From an uncultured delta proteobacterium (GTDB taxonomy: Bacteria; Myxococcota_A; UBA9160; UBA4427), in contig CAWGJT010000014.1 of the NCBI GenBank assembly GCA_963822965.1, forward strand, positions 224,001 through 288,000: DNA of 64,000 bases, in the 5' to 3' direction. A model generated the notes under the pieces. The model saw only the letters and a list, made by a program, of their open reading frames with translations. It did not search any database and had not been told where the DNA came from. Every line of letters begins with the position of its first letter. Position 1 is the stretch's first letter. Shown here in pieces: positions 10,043 through 19,046 of the stretch. The position numbers were made by a program, and so were the translations under genes.

Positions 10043-11143
10043 TCAGCTCACCGCCGGATCCCAGAGCGACAGCACGTGACCCTGCTCGGGCCGGGTGCGG
10101 CCGGCCAGGGTGTCCTGGTACACGCGCTCCACGGCCTCGCGCCCGCTGCCGCGCTCGATCTCGAGCCAGCCTTCCGTGAACCGCCGGAACCCGGACCACG
10201 CGTTCGCGAGGCGCGCCTGCACCTCGGCCGGGCCCCATTCCTGCGAGCGCTTCTGGATCTGCGCCGGCGCGAAGAAGAACTCCGGCTTCGGACCCGGGAG
10301 CGTGTCGTCGCCCCGCTCGGCCTGCCAGTGCGTCGCTCCGATGGAGCACGAGTACCGGAGCTGGGGGCCGAAGTGCTCGTGCACCGCGCGCTGGATCTTC
10401 CCGCTGCCCGCCATGTCGACGAAGACCGCCGGCGCCCCGGCGTCCAGGCTCCGGATCTCGTCGTAGGACACGACCTGGTCGTAGCACCCGAGCGAGCGCA
10501 CGAAATCCAGGTTGCCCGCCGAGGTGAGCCCCACCGCGCGCGCCCGACCCGCCTGGGACACCTGATAGGCGAGGGCGATCGAGGTCTTGCTCGACGCGCT
10601 CGACACGACCACCGACTCGGCGCCGTAGTGGTCGTGGTCGGCGAGGAAGTCGTCGGCCAGGAACGAGGTCATGAAGAGGCCGCGCAGCAGCATCAACGTG
10701 TCCTCGTGGTCGGGGTGGTAGAGCGCGTCGTGCTGCGCCGGACTGTACTGGGCGTAGGCGGGCGCAAGCCCCTCGCGGTGGGCCGCTCCGTCCACGATCT
10801 GGGTCTTGCTCACCGTGGCGGGCTCGATCACGAGGTAACGCGACATGGGGTAGAAGCCGAAGCAGCGGGTGCCTTCCGCGACGTCGGGATGCCCGGAACG
10901 GACCACGTCGCCGAAGCCCATGACGGGAAGCCGTCCCCAGCCTTCTTCGCAGGGAAAGAACCGCCAGTAGCCGAGCGCGTCCCCGACCACCGCATACGTC
11001 ACGTTGTTGGCGGTGAACGCGAAGCGGTCGACGCGGAAGAGCACCCGTCCGGGCCCGACCTCGGGCACCGGCGCATCCACGAAGCGCGTGCGCTTCCAGT
11101 CCTTCCTGTCGACCTGGAAGTCGACTCCGGTATTTCCTGCCAT
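10043..11143 (-). CDS. DUF2855 family protein (MDR-like fold)
   Basis: 'FAFTANNVTYA', 'YWRFFP', 'LFMTSFL', 'SASSKTS', 'FFFAP'. Confidence 0.85.
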   Translation of the reverse strand: MAGNTGVDFQVDRKDWKRTRFVDAPVPEVGPGRVLFRVDRFAFTANNVTYAVVGDALGYWRFFPCEEGWGRLPVMGFGDVVRSGHPDVAEGTRCFGFYPMSRYLVIEPATVSKTQIVDGAAHREGLAPAYAQYSPAQHDALYHPDHEDTLMLLRGLFMTSFLADDFLADHDHYGAESVVVSSASSKTSIALAYQVSQAGRARAVGLTSAGNLDFVRSLGCYDQVVSYDEIRSLDAGAPAVFVDMAGSGKIQRAVHEHFGPQLRYSCSIGATHWQAERGDDTLPGPKPEFFFAPAQIQKRSQEWGPAEVQARLANAWSGFRRFTEGWLEIERGSGREAVERVYQDTLAGRTRPEQGHVLSLWDPAVS

Positions 11144-11194
11144 GTCGGTCTCCTCGCGCCGCCTGTCTTTCCCCCGGACGGTCGGAGCTTGTCA

Positions 11195-11217
11195 AACTGG
11201 CACGGGGCGTGTCAATT
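11195..11217. promoter_or_regulatory. Imperfect palindrome/operator overlapping a minus-strand TTGACA, upstream of DUF2855-tetR
   Basis: AACTGGCACG-ggg-CGTGTCAATT (8/10 arm match). Confidence 0.5.
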
Positions 11218-11427
11218 CACGCGCTCCGGACCGGCGGAGCGCGCTGGACGGAGCATCGGGGCGACGACCGGCGTCCCCCCGACGATCGACAAGTACCAGT
11301 GAGGCTCTTCGGGATGATGCGCATCCATCTGCTCGAGCACCCCGCCCATCCCTTCGTGGCGGGTCTCGTCGACGGTCGCGAAGAGATGGCTCTCGATCGC
11401 GTCGCCGTCGACCACTGCAATCGTCAT
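11212..11427 (-). pseudogene. GNAT acetyltransferase remnant (internal deletion)
   Basis: 'EQMDAHHPEEPHWYLSIVG' joined directly to C-terminal-like 'GTPVVAPMLRPAR'; acetyl-CoA motif A absent. Confidence 0.5.
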
Positions 11428-11664
11428 CTGCCCGTCCCCTCGTCTCCACCCGTCGCGCTTCGAAGGCTCTCCGCCTGCCGCCCCTCGACGGTGATGGTGA
11501 ACGCCGACCCGATCGGTGATCCTTGCGTCTCGCGCAGTCTAGTCGAACGGCCGGGCCTGCGCGTCACGGCGGCCCGCCGGGAGGGCGCCGGCGACGGTCC
11601 GGACGTCGCGGGGTGCGTCGAGCCGGGGGTCCGGGCGCGGACGGCGAGCACGGGGAAGACGCGG

Positions 11665-12174
11665 ATGGCGATCACGGGGATGGTCCACTTCAACGTCAAC
11701 TGCAGCGACTACGATCGTTCGCGAGCCTTCTATGGCGTGCTCGGCTTCGAGGAAGTCTGGCGCGTGCCGGAGCGCAACACGGCGGAGGTCGCCGCCGCGG
11801 TGGGCATGCCGCCGTACCGGGTCAAGGGGGGTCTCCTGGCGCTCCGGGGCGCCACGCCGCCGGTGGTGATCGACCTGCTCGAGTGGCTGGAGCCGCGCGA
11901 CGAGGCTCCGCCCTATTCGCACCTCTACCACTACGGCATCGCGCGGGTGGCGCTGGCGACGTCGGACCTCGACGCGGACATGGCGAAGCTCGCGGCGGCC
12001 GGGGCCGAGTTCCTCTCCCCGCCCGCTCGGATGCCCGCGGAATCGGGGTCGCGGGCGCGGTTCGTGTGCTTCCGGGATCCCGACGGCACCGTCCTGGAGC
12101 TGGTCGAGGGCGGCGTCCTGGCCAGAGACCCCGGGCGCCCTGGCGGCGCTCGGGGCCGTCTCGAGGAGCGGTGA
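11665..12174 (+). CDS. VOC/glyoxalase family protein
   Basis: 'HFNVNCSDYDRSRAFY', 'FRDPDGTVLELVE'. Confidence 0.9.
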   Translation: MAITGMVHFNVNCSDYDRSRAFYGVLGFEEVWRVPERNTAEVAAAVGMPPYRVKGGLLALRGATPPVVIDLLEWLEPRDEAPPYSHLYHYGIARVALATSDLDADMAKLAAAGAEFLSPPARMPAESGSRARFVCFRDPDGTVLELVEGGVLARDPGRPGGARGRLEER

Positions 12175-12176
12175 TC

Positions 12177-12941
12177 ATGGGCAGAGTCCAGGACAAGGTG
12201 GCCATCGTGACGGGCGCCGCGTCGAATCCGGGGCTCGGCAGGACGACGGCGACGACACTGGCGCGGGAGGGGGCCAGGGTCGTGGTGACCGACGTCGACG
12301 AAGCGGGCGTGCAGGACTGCGCGGAGGCCATCCAGCGCGAGGGCGGCGAAGCGCTCGCGATCCACCAGGACGTCACGCGCGAGGCGGAGTGGCAGGCGGT
12401 GGTGGCGCGGACCCAGGACGCCTTCGGAAGGCTCGACGTGCTGGTCAACAACGCGGGCATCGCCGTGCTCGACACGCTCGAGAACCTGACGCTCGCCGAC
12501 TGGAACCGCCAGATCGAGGTGAGCCTGACGAGCGTCTTCCTCGGCTGCAAGTACGCGATGCCTGCGATGCGACGCGCGGGGGGCGGCTCCATCGTCAATC
12601 TGTCGTCGGTCGCGGGACTCGTCGGCATTCCCACCTGCGTGGCCTACGGCGCGGCCAAGGGCGGCGTCCGCATCATGTCCAAGTCGATCGCGCTCGAAGG
12701 TGCGCCGCACAACGTCCGCTGCAATTCCGTTCATCCCGGAGTGATCTGGACGAACATGCAGGCCCGGGCCACGGGCGCGCGCGATCCTTCCGCCGTGCCG
12801 GTGGGCCGGGATCGGGTGCCGTTGGGGCGCGTGGGCGAGCCGCGGGACGTGGCCGACTGCGTGCTCTACCTCGCCTCGGACGAGTCGAGGTACGTGACGG
12901 GCGCCGAGTTCACGATCGACGCCGGCATGACCAGCCAATAG
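12177..12941 (+). CDS. SDR family oxidoreductase
   Basis: 'VTGAASNPGLG', 'NNAG', 'YGAAKGG', 'NSVHPG'. Confidence 0.93.
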   Translation: MGRVQDKVAIVTGAASNPGLGRTTATTLAREGARVVVTDVDEAGVQDCAEAIQREGGEALAIHQDVTREAEWQAVVARTQDAFGRLDVLVNNAGIAVLDTLENLTLADWNRQIEVSLTSVFLGCKYAMPAMRRAGGGSIVNLSSVAGLVGIPTCVAYGAAKGGVRIMSKSIALEGAPHNVRCNSVHPGVIWTNMQARATGARDPSAVPVGRDRVPLGRVGEPRDVADCVLYLASDESRYVTGAEFTIDAGMTSQ

Positions 12942-12977
12942 CGCCGAGCGTCGTCTGCGGGGCGTTCTTCCGCGGCT

Positions 12978-13787
12978 TCAGGAGCCCCGCATGCGGTAGA
13001 TGGCGCGGAGACGCACGCCCGCGACCGCCTCGTCGTCGGTGGCCCGGTAGACGTCCACGTTCACGTCGACGAACTCGTGCCCCTTCTTCTCGAAGAGGTC
13101 GGCGATGGCCGCCTCGACGACGAGCGCCGTGTCCGGTGCGACGGCGCGGTAGTGCTGCGACTCGGTCTCGAGGTGCAGCCAGGGGCTCATCCGCACGTTG
13201 CCCGCCAGCACCCAGTTCGTGAGCCCCAGCACGAAGGACGGGTTGGCGAATCCCTCGTCGCGGAAGACCGGCGCCATGGCCGAAGGATCTCGCAGGTATC
13301 GCGTCATCTGGGCGGCTTCGCTCCAGCGCGCGGGCATGGCGCCCAGGCCCTTCTTCCGCAGCGCCTCCAGGACGGCACGCGACGCGATCGGTCGATGGGC
13401 GTCGCGCGCCAGCATCGGGTCGTGGCGCCGGACCGGCGGCGGCGGGGGCGAAGCGGGAAGGGACACCCGCGCCGTCGCGCGGGAGTCGCCGTCCCCGTCC
13501 ACGAGCGCCGCCGCGTAGGCGTCGCGCGTCGCTTCCTCGACCACGACCTCGAAGCGGCCGCCGTCGTAGACCGGAGAGCGCACCACCACGTGGGCGCGGC
13601 CGCGCTCGAGCCAGTCGCGACCCCACGCCACGGCCGCCGGGTGCAGCAGGTACGCGGAGACCGTGACACCCGGCACGAGCCCGCCGCGAAACCCGTAGGC
13701 GCGCGCCACCTCGTCGGAGTGGATGCGGTTCTCGGAGTCGGGAACGGGGTTGAAGGCGTCAGCGCGGAACGATACAGGCAGCGGCAT
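12978..13787 (-). CDS. Hypothetical protein, probable double hotdog (MaoC-like) fold
   Basis: 'NRIHSDEVARAYGFRGGLVPG' MaoC-type motif; second half 'FEKKGHEFV'. Confidence 0.7.
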   Translation of the reverse strand: MPLPVSFRADAFNPVPDSENRIHSDEVARAYGFRGGLVPGVTVSAYLLHPAAVAWGRDWLERGRAHVVVRSPVYDGGRFEVVVEEATRDAYAAALVDGDGDSRATARVSLPASPPPPPVRRHDPMLARDAHRPIASRAVLEALRKKGLGAMPARWSEAAQMTRYLRDPSAMAPVFRDEGFANPSFVLGLTNWVLAGNVRMSPWLHLETESQHYRAVAPDTALVVEAAIADLFEKKGHEFVDVNVDVYRATDDEAVAGVRLRAIYRMRGS

Positions 13788-13827
13788 CCGCAGATCCTAG
13801 CGGCGGAGTCCGCGGGTCCGGCTCCCG

Positions 13828-13929
13828 TTGGCATCGGTCGTGCTCGCATGAGCTCGGAGACCCCGAGGCCCACCGGTGCGACTTTCTGCCACGTTCTCGC
13901 ATCGAGCGGGTCTTGGCACCGATGTCGCG
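13828..13929 (+). promoter_or_regulatory. Two candidate sigma-54 (-24/-12) promoters upstream of the cyt c-Rieske operon
   Basis: TTGGCATCGGTCGTGCT (13828-13844) and TTGGCACCGATGTCGCG (13913-13929), both GG-N10-GC. Confidence 0.35.
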
Positions 13930-14150
13930 TTGGGGCGGGATGCTCTGCCCGTGCGTCCGGGCCGGCGGGGCTCGGCGACGCCTGCGCGGAAGGCGATCCT
14001 TCTCGCTTCGAGTCCGCGCGATGGCCCCGGAATCTGTCGCTTCCGAGGACGACCTCGTATATAAGAGAGTCTGGTCGGGGACGTAGCGCGAGCCCCGGTG
14101 CCGCCGCGCAAACCGCTCGGGAGAGCTCTACCACGAGAGAGAGGACCCTG

Positions 14151-14483
14151 ATGACCCGGAATTCTATTCGCGTCTTCCTTCTGTGCTCGTCGATGGCTTC
14201 GTTCCTCGGAGCCACGCCGGCCTTCGCGACCGACGGCGAAGCCCTCTACATGGACAAGTGTGCGCTGTGCCACGGGGAAGACGGACACGCCGAGACGCCG
14301 GTCGGCAAGGCGATGAACGCTCACACGCTCGTCGATCCGAAGCTCAAGACGATCGACGACAAGGCCTTCATTGCCCTCTTCCGGGGAAATCCGAAGCACG
14401 AGGCCCTCGCCGCCAGCCTGACCGACGAGGATCTGCTCGCGGTGCTACCCGCCGTCAAGAAGCGGGCCGCCGGTGCCGAGTGA
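14151..14483 (+). CDS. Periplasmic monoheme cytochrome c
   Basis: Signal peptide ending AFA; CALCH; RBS GAGGA. Confidence 0.88.
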   Translation: MTRNSIRVFLLCSSMASFLGATPAFATDGEALYMDKCALCHGEDGHAETPVGKAMNAHTLVDPKLKTIDDKAFIALFRGNPKHEALAASLTDEDLLAVLPAVKKRAAGAE

Positions 14484-14511
14484 GATCGGGGGTGCGGCAG
14501 ACCGGGGAGGC

Positions 14512-14982
14512 ATGCCGATCCCTCCGCGCCCGCGGCTGACACGACGCCGCTTCATCGACTGGTTCCTCGGAACCGCGGTGGGAGCCCTGCTGCTCTCGAT
14601 CGTGTATCCGGTGGTGCGTTTCATCAGCCCGCCGCGCGTTCCGGAGGCGACGACGCGCGAGGTCGAGGCGGGGTCGAGCAACGACCCGGAGCTCATGCAG
14701 AAGGGCTACAAGATCGTCCGCTTCGGCGCGGATCCCATCATCGTGATTCGACTGTCGGAGTCCGACATTCGCGCCTTCACGGCCACCTGCACCCACCTCG
14801 ACTGCATCGTGGAGTTCCAGAAGGCCAAGGATCGGATCTATTGCAACTGCCACGGGGGCGAGTACGACCTGACGGGCCGGAACGTATCGGGACCGCCGCC
14901 GCGCCCCCTGGAGCCCCTTCAGGTGAAGCTCGTGGCGGGGAGCTCGGGGGCAGGGCGAACGATCGTCGTTTCTCGAGGCTGA
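14512..14982 (+). CDS. Rieske [2Fe-2S] subunit of a Rieske/cytochrome b complex
   Basis: Tat motif TRRRFI, TM helix, CTHLDC and CNCHGG boxes, GPPPRPL. Confidence 0.93.
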   Translation: MPIPPRPRLTRRRFIDWFLGTAVGALLLSIVYPVVRFISPPRVPEATTREVEAGSSNDPELMQKGYKIVRFGADPIIVIRLSESDIRAFTATCTHLDCIVEFQKAKDRIYCNCHGGEYDLTGRNVSGPPPRPLEPLQVKLVAGSSGAGRTIVVSRG

Positions 14983-14994
14983 GGGAAGGGAGAC

Positions 14995-16152
14995 GTGGCC
15001 GGAAATCTAGCGACCTGGTTGGAGAGTCGACTCCCGATCGGGGCGCTCCGGGACTTCGCGACCCACAAGTCCGTTCCCATTCACCGCTATACCGTCTTCT
15101 ACTACCTGGGCGGGATGGCGCTCTTCTTCTTCGTGATGCAGGTCGCGACCGGCATCCTGCTGATGCTCTACTACCGCCCTTCGGCCGACGAGGCGTTCCA
15201 GTCGGTCGAGTTCATCGTGAGCACCGTTCCATTCGGTTGGTTGATCCGCTCCCTCCATTCCTGGTCGGCCAACCTGATGATCTTCTTCGCGGCCTCGCAC
15301 CTGACCAGCGTCTACTTTCTGCGCGCCTACCGCGCCCCGCGCGAGCTGACCTGGGTCACCGGGGTACTGCTCTTCTTCCTGCTGCTCGCCTTCGGGTTCT
15401 CCGGCTACCTGCTGCCGTGGAACCAGCTCGCCTTCTTCGCCACCAAGGTGGGGACCGACATCGCGGGCTCGATACCGCTCGTCGGGGAGTGGCTGCTGCG
15501 ATTCCTGCGCGGCGGGGATCGCGTCACCGGCGGCACCCTGTCCCGGTTCTACGGCTGGCACGTCGCCATCCTCCCCGCGCTCTCCACCGCGCTGCTGGGG
15601 ATCCACCTGCTGCTCGTGCAGATCCAGGGAATGAGCGTGCCGCAGTCGGCGGAGAGCGACCTGACGCCGCGGCGGGAGATGAAGTTCGTACCGGACTTCA
15701 TGCTTCGCGATCTCTTCGGTTGGGTGCTGGCGCTGGGCGTCCTGGCGGCCCTGGCGGCGATGTTTCCCTGGGAGCTCGGCGAGAAGGCAGATCCCTTCGC
15801 GCCCGCCTTCGCGAACATCCGGCCGGAGTGGTACTTCGTCTTCATGTTCGAGACCCTCAAGCTCGTGCCGGGGGGGGAGGTCGCCGGTATCGAGTACGAG
15901 GCGATTCCGATCCTGCTCTTCGGGGCGGTCGGAGTGCTCGTGCTGCTGGTTCCGTTCCTGGACCGTCGCGCAGAGCGGAGTGCATTCTCGGGGTTCACCG
16001 TCGCGGGCGTCCTGGCCGTGGTCTACGCGGTCGGCATGACGGCGTGGGGATACCGGTCGTGGGTTCCCGTCTACGCGGTGTTCGCGATGGCGGCCGTGTT
16101 GGCGGTGCTCCGCATCGTCACTGCAGGCTCGCGTCGGGCAGGGAACGGATGA
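14995..16152 (+). CDS. Cytochrome b (b6-like plus subunit IV, fused)
   Basis: Four His ligands (RSLH...ASH; GWH...GIH), 'SGYLLPW', PEWY motif. Confidence 0.95.
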   Translation: MAGNLATWLESRLPIGALRDFATHKSVPIHRYTVFYYLGGMALFFFVMQVATGILLMLYYRPSADEAFQSVEFIVSTVPFGWLIRSLHSWSANLMIFFAASHLTSVYFLRAYRAPRELTWVTGVLLFFLLLAFGFSGYLLPWNQLAFFATKVGTDIAGSIPLVGEWLLRFLRGGDRVTGGTLSRFYGWHVAILPALSTALLGIHLLLVQIQGMSVPQSAESDLTPRREMKFVPDFMLRDLFGWVLALGVLAALAAMFPWELGEKADPFAPAFANIRPEWYFVFMFETLKLVPGGEVAGIEYEAIPILLFGAVGVLVLLVPFLDRRAERSAFSGFTVAGVLAVVYAVGMTAWGYRSWVPVYAVFAMAAVLAVLRIVTAGSRRAGNG

Positions 16153-17870
16153 GGGGAACGCTGTCGGCTGCGCTCCTGGCCTGTGCGGTGTTGACCCTCG
16201 CCGCGCGCGCGGGGGCCCAGAGCAGCTCGTGCGTGACGTGCCATGAGGGGCTCGAGGGGCCGAGGGGAGCCAAGCTGGTCGAGGGATTCTCGGCGGGCGT
16301 GCATGCGGAGGCGGGCCTCTCCTGCCACGACTGTCACGGCGGAAATCCCGACCCGTCGGTCGCCGGAGACGCACGGGCCGCGAAGTCCGGAGATTTCGCC
16401 GCGAATCCATACCACGGCGTACCCACGCGGCAGGAGATCCCCGCCTTCTGCGGCCACTGCCACTCGCACCCCGAGTACATGAAGCGCTACCGGCGGGATC
16501 TCCGCACCGACCAGGAGCAGGAGTACCGCACGAGCCGCCACGGGATCGCGCTCGAGCAGGGCGACCCGAACGTGGCGACCTGCGTGGACTGTCACGGTGT
16601 GCACGGCATTCAGAAGACCGACGAGCCCGATTCCCCCGTACATCCCACTCGGGTTGCCGACACCTGCGGCCGTTGCCACTCCGATGCGACACGCATGGCG
16701 GGCTACAAGACCGATGCAGGAGCTCCGCTCCCGGTGGGGCAGGCGGAGCTGTGGCGGCAGAGCGTGCACGGAGACGCGCTTCTCCGGGGTGGCGACTACG
16801 CGGCGCCCACCTGCAACGACTGCCACGGCGATCACGGCGCGACGCCTCCGGGCGTGGGCTCGCTGGTGTTCGTATGCGGTCGCTGTCATGCCCGCGAGGC
16901 CTCCCTGTTCCGGGAGAGCGACAAGAAGGTCGGGTTCGAGAATCACGAGAAGATGTTCATGCCGAGCGCGGGCGCGCTCGGCTGTGCACTCTGCCACCCG
17001 GCCCCCCAGCCCCAGGCCAAGGTCGAGCTGCGCCATTTTGCCGAGTGTGAGACGTGTCACGGGAACCACCTGATCGTGCGCCCCGGCCTGGCTTCCCTCG
17101 CTCCGCTCCCGCCGTACCCTTGCCTCTTCTGTCACCTCGAACGCGACCCGGTCGATGGTGAGCCGCCCGAGCCCCTCGCGATCCGAGAGCACTACCGGAA
17201 GGAGCGGGACCGCCTGCTGCAGGAGGCTCCCGGCCTCTCGGGGGAAGAGCTCTTCGACTGGCTCCTGGACCGGGCCGTCGAGCTGCCCGCGCACATGCTG
17301 AGCGCCAAAGGCCAGAGCCCCGTCTTGAAGCCCGCCTTCGCAAAGCTCCTGGAACGCTTCCGAATCCGCGGGACCACCTATACGTACGAAGATCCGGCGA
17401 CGGGCAAGCCCGCGGAAGGCCGCGTCGTCCGCTGCACGGACTGTCACCCGGTGGTCGCCGGGGAGGGCAAGCCGGGTACCGGCGCCCGGGTGGCGAGCGG
17501 GCAGATCCAGCGGATCAGCGAGCTGACGTCACTCGTCGGACGGACCGAGCGGGCGCTGCTCTATGCACGGCGTCGGGGTGTGGAGGTACAGGACGCGGCG
17601 ACCGAGCTGGATGCCGCGATCGATTCGTTGATCGCGCAGCACGCGTTGCTCCACGAATTCCGGATCGACCCCGAGAGCGATTTCGCGAAGGAGCACGCTG
17701 AGGGGATCGAGCACGCGCGCCTCGCGAGCGATGGCGCCCGGGTGGCCCTGGAGGAGCTGGAGGGGCGCCGCCGGGGATTGGCCCTGTCGCTGGTCGCGAT
17801 CGTCCTGGTGCTGATCGGCCTCGCGCTGAAGATCCGTAGTCGTCCCATCGGCGGTCCTCGCAGCGACTAG
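16149..17870 (+). CDS. Multiheme cytochrome c, 11 CxxCH, signal peptide and C-terminal TM anchor
   Basis: ATGA overlap with cyt b; CVTCH, CHDCH, CGHCH, CVDCH, CGRCH, CNDCH, CGRCH, CALCH, CETCH, CLFCH, CTDCH. Confidence 0.92.
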   Translation: MRGTLSAALLACAVLTLAARAGAQSSSCVTCHEGLEGPRGAKLVEGFSAGVHAEAGLSCHDCHGGNPDPSVAGDARAAKSGDFAANPYHGVPTRQEIPAFCGHCHSHPEYMKRYRRDLRTDQEQEYRTSRHGIALEQGDPNVATCVDCHGVHGIQKTDEPDSPVHPTRVADTCGRCHSDATRMAGYKTDAGAPLPVGQAELWRQSVHGDALLRGGDYAAPTCNDCHGDHGATPPGVGSLVFVCGRCHAREASLFRESDKKVGFENHEKMFMPSAGALGCALCHPAPQPQAKVELRHFAECETCHGNHLIVRPGLASLAPLPPYPCLFCHLERDPVDGEPPEPLAIREHYRKERDRLLQEAPGLSGEELFDWLLDRAVELPAHMLSAKGQSPVLKPAFAKLLERFRIRGTTYTYEDPATGKPAEGRVVRCTDCHPVVAGEGKPGTGARVASGQIQRISELTSLVGRTERALLYARRRGVEVQDAATELDAAIDSLIAQHALLHEFRIDPESDFAKEHAEGIEHARLASDGARVALEELEGRRRGLALSLVAIVLVLIGLALKIRSRPIGGPRSD

Positions 17871-17871
17871 G

Positions 17872-17932
17872 AGCGCGACCCAGGACGAAGTCTTGCGTCG
17901 CGCTTCCGCCGCAAGCGAATCCTGCGGATTCG
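17872..17932 (+). terminator. Tandem hairpins after the multiheme cytochrome (terminator or mRNA stabiliser)
   Basis: AGCGCGAC...GTCGCGCT with inner CAGGAC/GTCTTG stem, then CGAATCC-tgc-GGATTCG; no clear U-tract. Confidence 0.4.
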
Positions 17933-18131
17933 TCAGCTAGCGGCCCGGTCGCCGACGAGTCTGCCCCCCGTCCGATGTGCGGCGAAGCGCTCGGCGCGGG
18001 TGCAGGGCAAGAGCCACACGCTCGTCCTGGGGCCCCGTTCGAGTGCGCTCGCGCTGCCGGTTGGAGCTTGCGCCCGGGGTGCGCTTGGGGCAGGCTGCGT
18101 CCCCTACGAATCACAGGGGCTGCGACTGTCG

Positions 18132-18803
18132 ATGGGAGAGCTGGGTCCGCTTTTCATTCCTCCGCACGAGCCCGACCGCATCGGGCTGCTCATCGCCATC
18201 CTCGCCGGAGTGGTGATCGCCGCGGCGCTGGTCGCCGTCGTGCGGGGCCGCCTGCCCGACGCGCTCAGCTACTCGGGTCTGCTGCTGCTGCCGCTCTTCG
18301 GCTATGCGTTGGGCAACATGCACCTGCTCCAGGAGTCGAAGCGCGTCGAGTTCTGCGGCTCCTGTCACGAGCCCATGGCTCCCCTCGTCGCGGCCATGCG
18401 CGCCGACACGTCCTTCCTTTCGAGCAAGCACTACCGCAGCGGTGCCGTCCCCCACGACTCCGCCTGCTATCGCTGCCACGGTGGCTATGGCTTCTGGGGG
18501 GATGCGAAGGCCAAGTTCGCGGGGATCCGGCACATGATCCACACCGTGACGGGCGACTACGAGTACCCCCTCAAGAAGGTGGGCGCGTTCGACATTTCCT
18601 CGTGTCTCGACTGCCACGCGCAGGCGGCACCGTTCCAGGCCCAGAAGGCCCACCAGGATCCCAACCTCCAGCAGATGCTGCTGTCCGGGCAGATCGGCTG
18701 CGTGGGTCTGTGTCACCCGGCTCCCCATCCGCCCCAGGCGCTCGAGGGCCCGGCGGCCTGGCAGGCCTTCGAGACCTCGGAGACCTCGGAGACCTCGAAA
18801 TGA
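18132..18803 (+). CDS. NapC/NirT/NrfH-like membrane-anchored cytochrome c
   Basis: Two N-terminal TMs, CGSCHEPM, CYRCH, CLDCH plus atypical CVGLCH. Confidence 0.8.
   Translation: MGELGPLFIPPHEPDRIGLLIAILAGVVIAAALVAVVRGRLPDALSYSGLLLLPLFGYALGNMHLLQESKRVEFCGSCHEPMAPLVAAMRADTSFLSSKHYRSGAVPHDSACYRCHGGYGFWGDAKAKFAGIRHMIHTVTGDYEYPLKKVGAFDISSCLDCHAQAAPFQAQKAHQDPNLQQMLLSGQIGCVGLCHPAPHPPQALEGPAAWQAFETSETSETSK
18771..18797 (+). repeat. 9-bp tandem repeat GAGACCTCG x3 (ETS-ETS-ETS tail)
   Basis: Read directly from the sequence. Confidence 0.9.
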
Positions 18804-19015
18804 TGGCCCGGATCGCCGCGATCCTGGTGATCGCGTCCCAGATTCTCCTGATCTGGGTGGCGCTCCATCCAACGGGGCGGAGCGCCATCTACTTCATGTT
18901 CGTGGGCCATCCGCTGGCCCTCGTCGGATTCGTCCTCGCGTCCGTCGCCCTCGGCCGTCGCCTGGCGCGCGAGCGCGCTGCGAGGAAGGCCGCGAGCTCG
19001 GCCCCATCCCCGTAG
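18800..19015 (+). CDS. Small two-TM membrane protein
   Basis: ATGA overlap with the NapC-like gene; two hydrophobic helices, two His. Confidence 0.65.
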   Translation: MMARIAAILVIASQILLIWVALHPTGRSAIYFMFVGHPLALVGFVLASVALGRRLARERAARKAASSAPSP

Positions 19016-19046
19016 GCGTACCGGGGCGGGCACCTCGGGGTTCACC

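Noticed and set aside
7550..11302. 1250-aa plus-strand ORF and similar long ORFs (672-3803 minus, 42341-45127 minus, 50335-52947 minus, 21619-23868 plus)
   Set aside because: Antisense or alternate-frame shadows of real genes; Arg/Pro/Gly-rich with no motifs, as expected at this GC content
14841..16148. Apparent 1009-aa multiheme protein
   Set aside because: The N-terminal 436 aa overlap Rieske and cyt b out of frame; the real start with signal peptide is at 16149
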